Of a stretch of DNA of 64,000 nt, positions 21,941-31,904 are shown one piece after another. The stretch spans positions 248,001 through 312,000 of the forward strand of contig PPNB01000002.1 of assembly GCA_003707115.1 (NCBI GenBank). Reading direction: 5' to 3'. The notes beneath the pieces were generated by a model. It was not told where the DNA came from and did not search any database. It was given only the letters and a program-made list of their open reading frames with translations. This stretch comes from Tortispora ganteri (Eukaryota). How positions within the stretch are numbered: the stretch's first letter is position 1; every line of letters starts with the position of its first letter. A program made the position numbers and the translations under genes.

Positions 21941-24685
21941 ATGTCGGAAATTTCCAAATTTTTTCAAAAAGTGTGTATTCTCTTTGTTAATTTGAGCAAT
22001 TATTAAACTAACAAAAATAGCGACCGCAAAATGCCGTTGAACCTCAAAACAGTAAGTGTACTCTCTCCGTGTTACAATCCCGGACGCGTTCCTAACCGAC
22101 AGACATAGACTCTGAAGACGACGTAATAATGACAGAAGCCTCGTAAGTAGTCAATATTTTCAATTTCAATTTATTATATTGCTAACATATTTAGGCCAAT
22201 TAAAAAACAGCCCGCAACCGCTGTTCAGCCTATAGTAGTTGATGTGGATCTGTCTACCGACAATTCTGCACACAGCGGTGCCAACCACCATAGCCCTTCT
22301 GAATCTGTCATAGAAACTTCACCATCTACACCTATAAAACGCAAAGACTATGCTGCTTCTACTCCTGTCTCAAATATCAAGCGCCAGAAGGTCGCTGCCG
22401 ACACCACCGCCTCTGATATAGACGCCAGTTCCATCATTGAAGAAATACCGTCAGTTGATCTAAAGCAGATATCTACCATTGACTTCTCAGATTCAAAGGG
22501 AAACTTTTACGCTATGAAAGCTATAAAGGAAAGTGCTAATGCAGACTCTACACCCGCGCCGCTCATAGAACTTCCAGATGCGGCTCCAGGATGCTTGACA
22601 GGCCTCTCATTTCTATTCACCGGCGAAATGAATGGTCTCGATAGAACTACTGCTCAAGAAGCCGTGAAAAAGTACGGCGGCAGAGTTGTGTCTGCACCAT
22701 CTGGTAAAGTTTCTGTAGTCGTCGTTGGCGCGAACGCCGGCCCAAGCAAGATACAGAAGATCAAGAAGCTCAAACTGAAGTGCATAGATGTACATGGGTT
22801 TGTAGATCTTCTGAACAAGATGCCAGCTGGCGGAGGATCTGGCGCAGAAGCTCAGAAAGCCCGAGAAAAGCAGCAACGTGAACTCAATGACGCCATGCGA
22901 AGTGCGCAGGAAGAGCAGAGGCGCGAAGAACAAGCGAAAGCCAAACAAGCTGCAGCTCTCACAACAGGAACTACTGCAAAAAAGGGGAAGAATGTCGCAG
23001 CATACTCTAATCTGAATGATCCTGCTTCTATGCTTTGGACCAGCAAATTCGCTCCCAAATCGTTGAATGATATATGCGGCAACAAAAAGGCCGTTCAAAC
23101 CTTGAAAGAATGGCTCGAAAGTTTCAGGGAGAAAGCACGGAATGGGTTTGCCGACGGCACTCCACGAGCAGTATTGATTTCTGGGCCTCCTGGTATAGGC
23201 AAGACCACTGCTGCTCATCTAGTCTGCGAACTCGCAGGGTACGACTACGTGGAAACAAATGCTAGCGACTTCCGTAGTAAAAAACTGCTCTCGAACGAAC
23301 TTCTTGGAGCGGGAAACGGAAGGTCTATGAGAGGATTCTTGAGCAGTAGTCATGAAACTGCCGAGAAAATGGCAAATCGACAAAACTTGGTACTAATTAT
23401 GGATGAAGTGGACGGAATGTCTAGCGGAGACACCGGAGGTGTTGGTGAAATGGCCAAATTCTGCCGGACTACTAATATCCCTGTGATCTTGATATGTAAC
23501 GACAAGTCATTGCCCAAAATGCGCCCATTTGACAAAGTGACACTTGACTTGCCTTTCAGACGGCCTACCGCTGATATGATCAGATCTAGGATTATGTCTA
23601 TCGCGTTCAGACAAGGAGTGAAACTTAATGCGAATATTATTAACAGCCTCGTGGAGTTTACTCATTCTGATATTCGACAAATTATAAACTTGATCTCGAC
23701 ATTCAGTCTCACGAAGAAGAGTCCTGATGCTGATGATGCTAAAGAGTTGACAGCAATGTCAGAAAAGAATACAATACTAAAACCATTTGATATTGTCGCC
23801 AAACTTTTTAGTCCTGGTTTACACTCTAGCTCCAGCACTGCCTCTTTCCTTGACAAAACAGAGCTTTACTTTAATGACCACGACTTTACGCCATTGATGA
23901 TACAAGAGAACTACTTGTCAATGAAACCGACCCTTGCCATGGATGGGACTATGTCTGAAATGGATGCTATAACTAAAGCGGCCGAATTTATATCGGACGG
24001 CGAATTAGTTGATACAAAGATCCATGGTCCTCAGCAGCAGTGGAGTTTACTTCCATTGCATGGAGCATTGTCGTCTGTGGCGCCTGCTGAATATGCAGCG
24101 GGGAGAGCTACAGACCGATATAGGTTCACCTCTTATTTAGGCCAGAATTCTAAAAGAGGTAAATACTCAAGACTTCTTCAGGAAGTGCGTCTACATATGA
24201 GACTGCGTACTGTCGTGGATAAAGATGAATTGAGGATGCAAGTTCTGCCGCAGTTGAGCAGAAGTCTCACTCTTCCGTTGATAAAAGAAGGAGCAGCAGG
24301 TATCAGAAAAGTTATTTCGTTACTGGATGAGTATTATCTGAGCAAGGACGACTGGACCTCAATTGTGGAATTGGGGGTAGGCCACCAAGCGGAAAGCAAG
24401 GTGTTGCCTAAGATTGATTCTGCGACGAAGCGTAATTTCACTGCTATATACAACAACGAAAACCATGCGATACCATTCAGCACGGGGAATGTCAATAAAG
24501 TGACTGAATCAAAGAAAAAAGTTGTGGCAGATTTCGAAGAGGCTATGGACGATATTGTCGATGACGAGGCTGAGATTGACGATGAACAAGAAAAAGAGGC
24601 TACAGTTGATGACATCAGCAAACTCAAAGGAGTGAAAGTAAAGAAACCTAGAGCCCCTGCGAAAAAGAAGAAGAAAGCGAACTAA
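21941..24685 (+). CDS. RFC1: Replication factor C large subunit, 4 exons: 21941-21970, 22021-22051, 22103-22142, 22195-24685
   Basis: BRCT domain (LTGLSFLFTG), GPPGIGKTT, DEVDGMS. Removing three introns joins MSEISKFFQK in frame to the main ORF. Confidence 0.93.
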
Positions 24686-24739
24686 TTGCAAGCGATTTTG
24701 GTGATTTTAATGAGGTGAGTGGATGAACAGTGGCATTCA

Positions 24740-25063
24740 TTAGCGTCCCAATCTGCGATGTTTCACTATCAGTTCGGCAGTCCATTCTTCTATTTCCTTT
24801 ACTAATACCTCTAATTGCGATGCCATTTCTTCTATTTCCATCACTTGAGCTTTGTATTTAGTGATGTCGTTGTTCATTTCAGAAAGGACTGCAGCATCGT
24901 CGTTCAAGACGTCTGCCGCATCTGAGAGACTCGCTAGATGTTCAAGCGCTTTCCTGTTAGCTGAGTGGGTTTCTGAAAGTTCTGCGAGGACTTTTTCGCA
25001 ATCCGCATCGACATTGGACGCTAGATTGGACGCTGCAATGTTACTTGCAGCAGATATTTGCAT
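24740..25063 (-). CDS. Probable BLOC-1 complex subunit, Bli1-like
   Basis: Short coiled coil; VDADC...NRKALEHL and LVKEIEEWTAELIVK resemble yeast Bli1. Confidence 0.5.
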   Translation of the reverse strand: MQISAASNIAASNLASNVDADCEKVLAELSETHSANRKALEHLASLSDAADVLNDDAAVLSEMNNDITKYKAQVMEIEEMASQLEVLVKEIEEWTAELIVKHRRLGR

Positions 25064-25424
25064 GTGTTTGTAGGTAATGTTGGTGGGGTTCCTGCGGGAT
25101 CGATAATCAATACAGATTAAGGTTTGCTCCTGTCACGATTTTATGAATGGGGCGATTATGACCAGTTGTGCAGTCGGAGTAACAGCGGAACGCATGAATT
25201 TCTTTTTGGACTATATTTATTTTTGACTTGCGGAATTGGAAAAAATCTGCATTAAAAAAAAAAAGAAAACATTGATGTACGCGTGACTTTAAAACGAAGA
25301 TGTTGAAGATTACCGTCCGGCGATGTTTGGAGGTTTAAAGTTTGGAAACCGAATGGAAATTTATCAAGTTCTCGAAGCTTTTTCTTTACTTTACCGTCTA
25401 CCGCGGATAGTGAATCGAAGAATA

Positions 25425-26159
25425 ATGCAACGAACAGCAGTAAAAGGAGTGCTTAGAGCGCTGCCGCGGACTGCATACAGGGCTAGAAGTGTAGCGACTC
25501 AAGGGAGTGTTTGTTTATCACACCCGTTGTTTAGAGGCCCGCGATTATATCGTGGTTTCGCCGAGAAGGCGGAAACTCCGAAACCAGAAGAAACTGACCA
25601 AAAGCAGGCGGAACAAAAGGAAACTGAGAAAAAGGAAGCTAAAAATTCCGAAGAACCTAAAAGCGAGTTAGATGAGCTGAAAGAAAAGTTGATGGCTAAA
25701 GACAAAGAAGCAGCTGAATTGAAAGACAAATATTTACGATCAGTGGCTGATTTCAGAAACTTACAAGAGAGTACTAAGCGGGAAATTCAGCAAACCAAAG
25801 AGTTTGCCATTTCTAAATTTGCTACAGATTTACTTGATAGTGTTGATAATCTGGAGCGTGCTTTAGCTCTTATTCCAAAGGAGAAAATTGATAACGGAGA
25901 ATATCCTGCTGAGTTCAAGGATGTTTATGAAGGTATTGAAATGACCCAGCATGTTCTTCACAAGACTCTTGAGAAGCACGGTATGACACGCTTGCATCCC
26001 TTAGATGAACCGTTTGATCCTCACAGGCACGAGGCGATGTTTGAGGTCCATGATCCTAATAAAGAACCTGGCACTGTATGTTTCGTTCAACAGTCCGGTT
26101 ACGCTTTGAAAGACAGAGTCCTTAGAGCCGCTAAAGTCGGTGTAGTGAAGAAACAATAA
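25425..26159 (+). CDS. MGE1: Mitochondrial GrpE nucleotide-exchange factor
   Basis: LRSVADFRNL, FDPHRHEA, GYALKDRVLRAAKVGV. ATG 25425 starts an Arg-rich presequence; the upstream ATG 25323 is possible. Confidence 0.93.
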   Translation: MQRTAVKGVLRALPRTAYRARSVATQGSVCLSHPLFRGPRLYRGFAEKAETPKPEETDQKQAEQKETEKKEAKNSEEPKSELDELKEKLMAKDKEAAELKDKYLRSVADFRNLQESTKREIQQTKEFAISKFATDLLDSVDNLERALALIPKEKIDNGEYPAEFKDVYEGIEMTQHVLHKTLEKHGMTRLHPLDEPFDPHRHEAMFEVHDPNKEPGTVCFVQQSGYALKDRVLRAAKVGVVKKQ

Positions 26160-26266
26160 TGTGAGTGCTGATAATAGGCGTTCCATTGCTTTCTACATAG
26201 GGTTAATAGTCTATATGTCCCCGTCCCTTGTATATATTTATATATCATCATATATTGCGTATGTAA

Positions 26267-27595
26267 TCATCTAACCTCTACGTTGAATGTTTCCACCAGC
26301 TCATCAGAGATTTTTCGTTGAGTAGCATTCACTTCCTCGTTAGTCAGCGTGCGATCCATGGACTGGTACACTATGCGATAACAGAGAGATTTGCGGGAAG
26401 TTTTTGGATGTGTGAACTCATCTGTTAACGATACCGACTGCACGATTCCAGACGAGTGTTTATGTACAATTTCAGTTAAATCGTTCTCATGAAATTCATT
26501 AGATCCAGATTTAGGCAGCCAAAATGCGATGTCCCTGTACGTAGAGGGATATTTAGAGTAAGGCACAAACTTTGTCACATTGCCGGCATTGAACTGGTTT
26601 AAAAATCTGCTGTCGCCTGACCAGAACAATCTGATATCCGGTATTGAGAATAAAACCATCGCCAAACGGTCAAGACCAATTCCAAAAGCCCAGCCGACAG
26701 CAGAAGAGAATTTCGCTTTATCGAAGACGTCTTGCTGAACTACTCCGCATCCAAGAAGCTCAAGCCAGGATTCGTTATAGAGGACTTCTGTTTGAAAACT
26801 CGGAGACGTGAATGGAAATTTGTCTTCAAGCCAACGTACCGGAATCTCAGTGTTCTTGCTCAGAGTTCCGTTTGACTCAGCAGCTTTCATAAATATGTCT
26901 TCTATAACAAGTTCGAGCGTCCGACGTAAATGGTCTCCGATTGCAGTAGCGAGTTCGGGCGAGTGAGTTCTTTGAATCGGATTAGTTTCGGCATCAAAGG
27001 GTGGACACAGTGGTTCCACAATTTGTATTTGAGGTTGTGGCATATTATTTAGTTCTTCACGAATAGTGGCTATTAGCGAGGATTCTGAATCGAACGCATT
27101 CCGATCCCAGTACCGCACACCTTCAGTCTGGTGGAATGCAAGGTAGTGAGTTCTGTCAATAGAATCTCGACGATACACGTCTGCGGATACTAAGAACGCA
27201 TCTTGAGACTTGCCGAGTTTAGCGCCCTTGGCTATCAGATCAACTTGGTGCGCCGAAGTATGTGTCCGAAGCACTGTATCTTTGTTGAAGTAGTACGTAT
27301 CATTGCGTGACCTGCCGACGTGGTCTTCCGGAAACCCTAAGGAGTCAAAGTTCTGCTTAACGGAAACTACGGGATCAATGTCGTTATAGAAAGAATAGTT
27401 GCCCGGCAGCGAGCGGAATCTTGATTCAACGATCGATCGGAGAATGCCAATAGGGTGTGAGTCGTTAAGGTGTAGTTTTCTATTGACATGAGAAAGCACA
27501 GCGTCGGTTACGTTAGCTGTACTATCCCTAGGAACATCAGAAAATAGCCTACGCAAGGACAAGCATTTCTGGACGGGCCGAATGCGTCTAAGCAT
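26267..27595 (-). CDS. MSF1: Mitochondrial phenylalanyl-tRNA synthetase
   Basis: LRTHTSAHQ, YRRDSIDRTHY, FPFTSPS, GWAFGIGLDRLAM, C-terminal FDX-ACB domain. Confidence 0.95.
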   Translation of the reverse strand: MLRRIRPVQKCLSLRRLFSDVPRDSTANVTDAVLSHVNRKLHLNDSHPIGILRSIVESRFRSLPGNYSFYNDIDPVVSVKQNFDSLGFPEDHVGRSRNDTYYFNKDTVLRTHTSAHQVDLIAKGAKLGKSQDAFLVSADVYRRDSIDRTHYLAFHQTEGVRYWDRNAFDSESSLIATIREELNNMPQPQIQIVEPLCPPFDAETNPIQRTHSPELATAIGDHLRRTLELVIEDIFMKAAESNGTLSKNTEIPVRWLEDKFPFTSPSFQTEVLYNESWLELLGCGVVQQDVFDKAKFSSAVGWAFGIGLDRLAMVLFSIPDIRLFWSGDSRFLNQFNAGNVTKFVPYSKYPSTYRDIAFWLPKSGSNEFHENDLTEIVHKHSSGIVQSVSLTDEFTHPKTSRKSLCYRIVYQSMDRTLTNEEVNATQRKISDELVETFNVEVR

Positions 27596-27773
27596 GGCTT
27601 TTAGTATTTACAGTAGTTATTCCTCGAGTATTGATTGAAATGGGTGTTGAGAAGTTGTGAGCCGCGCTTGTTGTGACCGTTGCCATGACACTTGGCCAAC
27701 CGGTTTCTAAAGCACATAAAGAGCAAGCCGATTTTCTCCCCTCTATTCTGGTACGTACATTTTAAGCGTCAAA

Positions 27774-28412
27774 ATGTTTGGTTTACGCCTAACTAAACCT
27801 CAATTTGGTCCATCTGTATTTAACAGATTCAAGCACTGTTATGCGCCGAGGTTCCAAGGACGTAAGAAATCACATAAGGGACGCGTACCGGTGAGAACTG
27901 GCGGTTCAATCAAAGGGTCGGTGCTCGAACACGGACTGTACGGAATCCGTCTCCGATCAGAAGGTATAAGGCTTTCGGCCAAACTACTAGGTGAAGCAGA
28001 AGCGGCTCTGATGCGAAGAATCAAAACATTGCAAGGAGCAACTGTATATAGCCGGCTGGTTACAAACGTAGCTGTTTGTCGCAAGGGAAACGAGACTCGT
28101 ATGGGTAAAGGCAAAGGGCCATTTGACCACTGGGCTGCAAGAGTTCCTACAGGGAGAGTGGTATTAGAGATTGGAGCTAGTGATATGCATGAACAGTTTG
28201 CAAGAGATACATTGAGACAAGTCAGCGCAAAAATGCCTGGACTGTATGAGTTCATCACTAGAGATTCACCGCCTATGGTCGGCTTTGAGCACCAGATTAC
28301 TGAACACAAGCCACAGATGGCAAGGACTGATGTAGAAGGCCCCAGATTAAAAGATATGGATATCAAGTCTAAATCTAAGCAGGCTTCTGTGACCGCGTTT
28401 ATTCAGCGATAG
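27774..28412 (+). CDS. MRPL16: Mitochondrial ribosomal protein uL16m
   Basis: KGRVPVRTGGSIKG, KGNETRMGKGKG. Confidence 0.92.
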   Translation: MFGLRLTKPQFGPSVFNRFKHCYAPRFQGRKKSHKGRVPVRTGGSIKGSVLEHGLYGIRLRSEGIRLSAKLLGEAEAALMRRIKTLQGATVYSRLVTNVAVCRKGNETRMGKGKGPFDHWAARVPTGRVVLEIGASDMHEQFARDTLRQVSAKMPGLYEFITRDSPPMVGFEHQITEHKPQMARTDVEGPRLKDMDIKSKSKQASVTAFIQR

Positions 28413-28601
28413 AATAGGAATGACGATATGATCAGAATGAGAAAATTAGATAATTTAGAGAATGTAGATCATAGAAAGATAGAAACGACATTAAAAAAGA
28501 AAAGCAATAGAAAAGGTCAAATTAACGCATTAACATACCAAAAAAAGGTGACATACAGAATGTGCCAATGGTTATTGCAGCTATTCGCAATTATTCTGTC
28601 A

Positions 28602-29660
28602 CTAGTGTTCTAGGATATTCATAACTTTTGCCGTGAAAGCTTCAAGGTGGAATATAGATTTGTTTCCAATCTGTATGCGGTGGTCGTATAGCGCTGCAGC
28701 GGTAACAATAGAAGGCTTTTTGCTGCTACTAACACGCGATAGTAGTTCTGTTAGCAATGTTTTGATTATGATCCTGGGAGGGATGCAGTGAGCTATGAGG
28801 TCATAGTATTTACCGCGAATTGCCAGTAATTGAGAGGCTGATTGTACCTTGATGATCATCTGAGCAATCTCAGTTATGACTTCGCGCCAGTCCGCAGGCG
28901 GGACAGTAGTTGAATTGGAAACGATAATCTGCTGATCACCTGGTAGCACGCTTACGGTTGCTTCTAGTGATAATAGAGCTCTCCTCAAGTTCCTTCCAGA
29001 CTGAACAAATATTTTAGCAAGCAGTTCTTCAGGCAACGGTACTGGCGATATGTGCTCTTCTTGTGCGACACGATTCAGGACGCGCTTGATAGACTGGTAA
29101 TCAGGAGCAGGTACGCGGATTTGCAGAGTCCTACTTTTTATTGGCTCGATGATATTGGATGTCGATTGAGCAACTAGGATGAGACGCAGGGATGTAGTGT
29201 ATTTTTCCATTGTGCGACGTAAAGCAGCTTGCGCATCGCGAGAAAGAGTGTCAGCTTCATTGATTACTACCACTCTGAATCGATGTGCAGATTTCGTGAC
29301 TTGGTTTGACTGCGCTAGCTCCTTTATGAGTTCCTGAATGATTATGCGGTCGTTGTTAGGTCCAAGGTCGCTTGGAGTCAATTCAAAATGATGCGGTCCA
29401 ACAATGAGTGTGAATTCGACTTTGCGGGAAGCTGTGGCCGCGAAGGTTCTGGACTCTAGTTTGACGTTTCTAGCAGAATTGCCATAAAGCGCGTGTAGAA
29501 CTGCAGAGACACGCGTTTTCTTACCTGCACCTGAAGGCCCGTAGACTAGCAAGTGTGGCAAATCTTCAGAATAAGCCAAAGATTTCAATCTATTAGTTAA
29601 ATTATCATTGAGATCGAGATCTTTTAATGTTTTTGGTGCATATTTGTCTACCCAGAGCAT
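28602..29660 (-). CDS. RFC5: Replication factor C small subunit (yeast Rfc5 / human RFC3 type)
   Basis: LWVDKY, GPSGAGKKTR, INEAD, AQAALRRTMEKY, IFHLEAF. Confidence 0.93.
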   Translation of the reverse strand: MLWVDKYAPKTLKDLDLNDNLTNRLKSLAYSEDLPHLLVYGPSGAGKKTRVSAVLHALYGNSARNVKLESRTFAATASRKVEFTLIVGPHHFELTPSDLGPNNDRIIIQELIKELAQSNQVTKSAHRFRVVVINEADTLSRDAQAALRRTMEKYTTSLRLILVAQSTSNIIEPIKSRTLQIRVPAPDYQSIKRVLNRVAQEEHISPVPLPEELLAKIFVQSGRNLRRALLSLEATVSVLPGDQQIIVSNSTTVPPADWREVITEIAQMIIKVQSASQLLAIRGKYYDLIAHCIPPRIIIKTLLTELLSRVSSSKKPSIVTAAALYDHRIQIGNKSIFHLEAFTAKVMNILEH

Positions 29661-29920
29661 CTTTGACGACTATTAAGAAAGGGGGCCCTTCTTTAGGTGG
29701 GAGAGCAAAATCAAGGGTGTTTCTCTACCCTTGAATTGCTCCCACTCTCTATCTAGGCTGAAGAATATATCTTGGATTCAGCCAAACCTGTTGATCCTCT
29801 GGATATACTAGAGGTAAGACCATATATTTAGATCGACTAGGTTCCATACATTCATAAAATTTATTTGAGTTAGCAGAAAACTTTAGAAGATCGTTTATCT
29901 ACCGCCAACACAATAAATCA

Positions 29921-30427
29921 ATGAACCTACTTGTCGTCTACAAAGCAGACTGCGAAACTGAGCACGATATTAGAGAATTGTTGAATGGATTTGATGTCAA
30001 GTTATGGTCACCACTCTACAAGCTGCAGAGAATAGCTATTGTATTTGGCACCGAAACTGAAGCTATCAGAGGGCAAAATGCGATTACATCAGCTTACCCT
30101 GATTTGACGACACGGCTTTCTTCATATAGCGATAAGGAGAACTCGAATTTACAGGTGCCTGACCGAGGCAGGCTTCTGAAGATATCGCCACCGCCGTCGC
30201 CGCCTACCGAATGGCAGTCTCGAGAGGAAGAGCCGCCAAACAAAGACACGCATTTCGACACAGAGGATCTATTGCTAGAGGCAATTAAGAGACTAGAACA
30301 CTCGCAAGATCGACTTAATTCAGAATCTAATTTTTACGACAATGAAGAAAGTCAGAGCGCATTTCAACAAAAACTAAAGCTTTTAGAACATCCAACTGTT
30401 CACATCACTCTCGATCGAGCTGAATAG
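29921..30427 (+). CDS. Calcipressin (RCAN-family calcineurin regulator)
   Basis: WSPLYKLQRIAIVF, NLQVPD, ISPPPSPP, C-terminal PTVHIT (PxIxIT-like). Confidence 0.8.
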   Translation: MNLLVVYKADCETEHDIRELLNGFDVKLWSPLYKLQRIAIVFGTETEAIRGQNAITSAYPDLTTRLSSYSDKENSNLQVPDRGRLLKISPPPSPPTEWQSREEEPPNKDTHFDTEDLLLEAIKRLEHSQDRLNSESNFYDNEESQSAFQQKLKLLEHPTVHITLDRAE

Positions 30428-30902
30428 TGCTGTCAGATACGACATACTCGACTAAGACGGATAGTTCTGGCCTGCTGCTCAGAAGCTCTATTGCCTCTTT
30501 TGCTTTTACCCACTTCCGTTTTCTATTGCTCTCAGGCCACTTATCATCAATAGATATCACTTTGAACACAAAAAAATGCAGTTCCGATACCAATGCCTTC
30601 GTTCCTATTGTCTTGGCTACGAACTTGCTGTGGGCTTTTTTAGTTATCGGTAATTCCTTAATGATCTGTCCTGTTACACCTGCTTCTTCCCAGCTTTCTC
30701 TAATTGCTGTCTCTTCTATCGTTTCATCGCTTTCATGTCCTCCCTTGGGTAGCACCCATTTGTCTTTATGTGAACTGGACGAAATTACCAATATCCGTCC
30801 TTTATCGTCGATAGGTATAGTGCCGCCTACTATTCTCTCCCCATCAGCGTTGTATACCTGTTTCGCCCTGCCTGTGCGAGCCGTCATACAATGGCCGCTC
30901 AT
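30405..30902 (-). CDS. DDP1: Nudix hydrolase, diadenosine/diphosphoinositol polyphosphate phosphohydrolase
   Basis: MTARTGR..QVY, WVLPKGG..E...A.RESWEEAG Nudix box, WPES.RKRKW. Confidence 0.88.
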   Translation of the reverse strand: MSGHCMTARTGRAKQVYNADGERIVGGTIPIDDKGRILVISSSSHKDKWVLPKGGHESDETIEETAIRESWEEAGVTGQIIKELPITKKAHSKFVAKTIGTKALVSELHFFVFKVISIDDKWPESNRKRKWVKAKEAIELLSSRPELSVLVEYVVSDSTIQLDRE

Positions 30903-31150
30903 ATTAGCTTCTATTAAATGGAGACGCGTACACAATTTCCCAATGACTTCCTTTAAAGGCTGCCAAATTGTCTAGGCTTACACAGATGCAAAGTGTTTGA
31001 AACAATGAAGGAGGGAAGAGAGTCGAATGGGCCGTTGGTTGGGTCTCCCTCTGTTCCTGTTCTAATACAAAACCCAAACGCCTGGGGCACCCCTACATAT
31101 AGAGCTTTAGCATAATAGTAGAGCAATTGTCAATTTCTAATTCTAATAGC

Positions 31151-31632
31151 TTAACTAAGATCAGCAGGGAAGTTTCCGTTTTCTAGTTTATGTTAGCACT
31201 CCGTTAGTTCCTCTTATGCTGAGCTAGGCATCAGCTCAGGGTTCCAATACTGAGAACCGGGGACCCGGGTCCCGGCACAGCGAGATAGTGTACTACTACT
31301 TACCCACTTGCTCATTCCATTTTTCGGTCCATGAATCAGGACAAAGCGATTTGTATGTAAAATAGAATTGCTTGCATGGCTCGAAATCCTCACCGCGGTT
31401 GTTTATGCAGCGATGGTAGTCAACGAACGATTGCCTAGTTCGTTAGTTGCCTTTGTTACTTGTTTCCATTTAGTTCGCAAACTACTTACCAGCAATGTTT
31501 GCTCTGGTTGATCAAGGGGAACCTGTCGTGTGTTAGTACTCAATTTCTTATAATAATTGTATTATCCATAATAACTTACCTTGGATCGTGATTAGGTGTG
31601 CGGAAAATAGTGGTCTTCTCTTCGGTATCCAT
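31151..31632 (-). CDS. COX12: Cytochrome c oxidase subunit VIb, 4 exons: 31632-31580, 31522-31490, 31434-31304, 31182-31151
   Basis: Spliced 82-aa product MDTEEKTTIFRTPNHDPRFPLINQSKHCWQSFVDYHRCINNRGEDFEPCKQFYFTYKSLCPDSWTEKWNEQVENGNFPADLS* with the CX9C-CX10C pattern. Three GTAAGT..CTAAC..YAG introns, all phases consistent. Absent from the ORF track. Confidence 0.95.
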
Positions 31633-31904
31633 TAGTCTTCTCGTGGTAGTAAAAGTGAAAAATGGTATCTATAACACTCTGAAGGGGCATTCTTCGATTG
31701 TATAGTCACACCATTATTGGTTAAGACGTATATCCATGGCAACACTGTTTTAAAATTTGAGTAATTTAGTTACCTGAACATATTTCATTAGAGTTTAACA
31801 TCATAATAGAAACCTCTTCATCGTCGAAATTCCTTACCGCTGAATTTATTATACGCTTTAAGATCTGAAGCCCACATTTTATCTTTGTCTACACAGCTGC
31901 AAAC

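Noticed and set aside
27839..30975. Long antisense ORFs 27839-28366 and 30427-30975, and similar ORFs opposite catalase, RGP1, RFC1 and PFK26
   Set aside because: They fully overlap well-supported genes on the other strand and show no protein motifs.
31571..31582. ACTTACCT resembling the U1 snRNA 5' end
   Set aside because: It is the reverse complement of the COX12 intron-1 donor (AG/GTAAGT).
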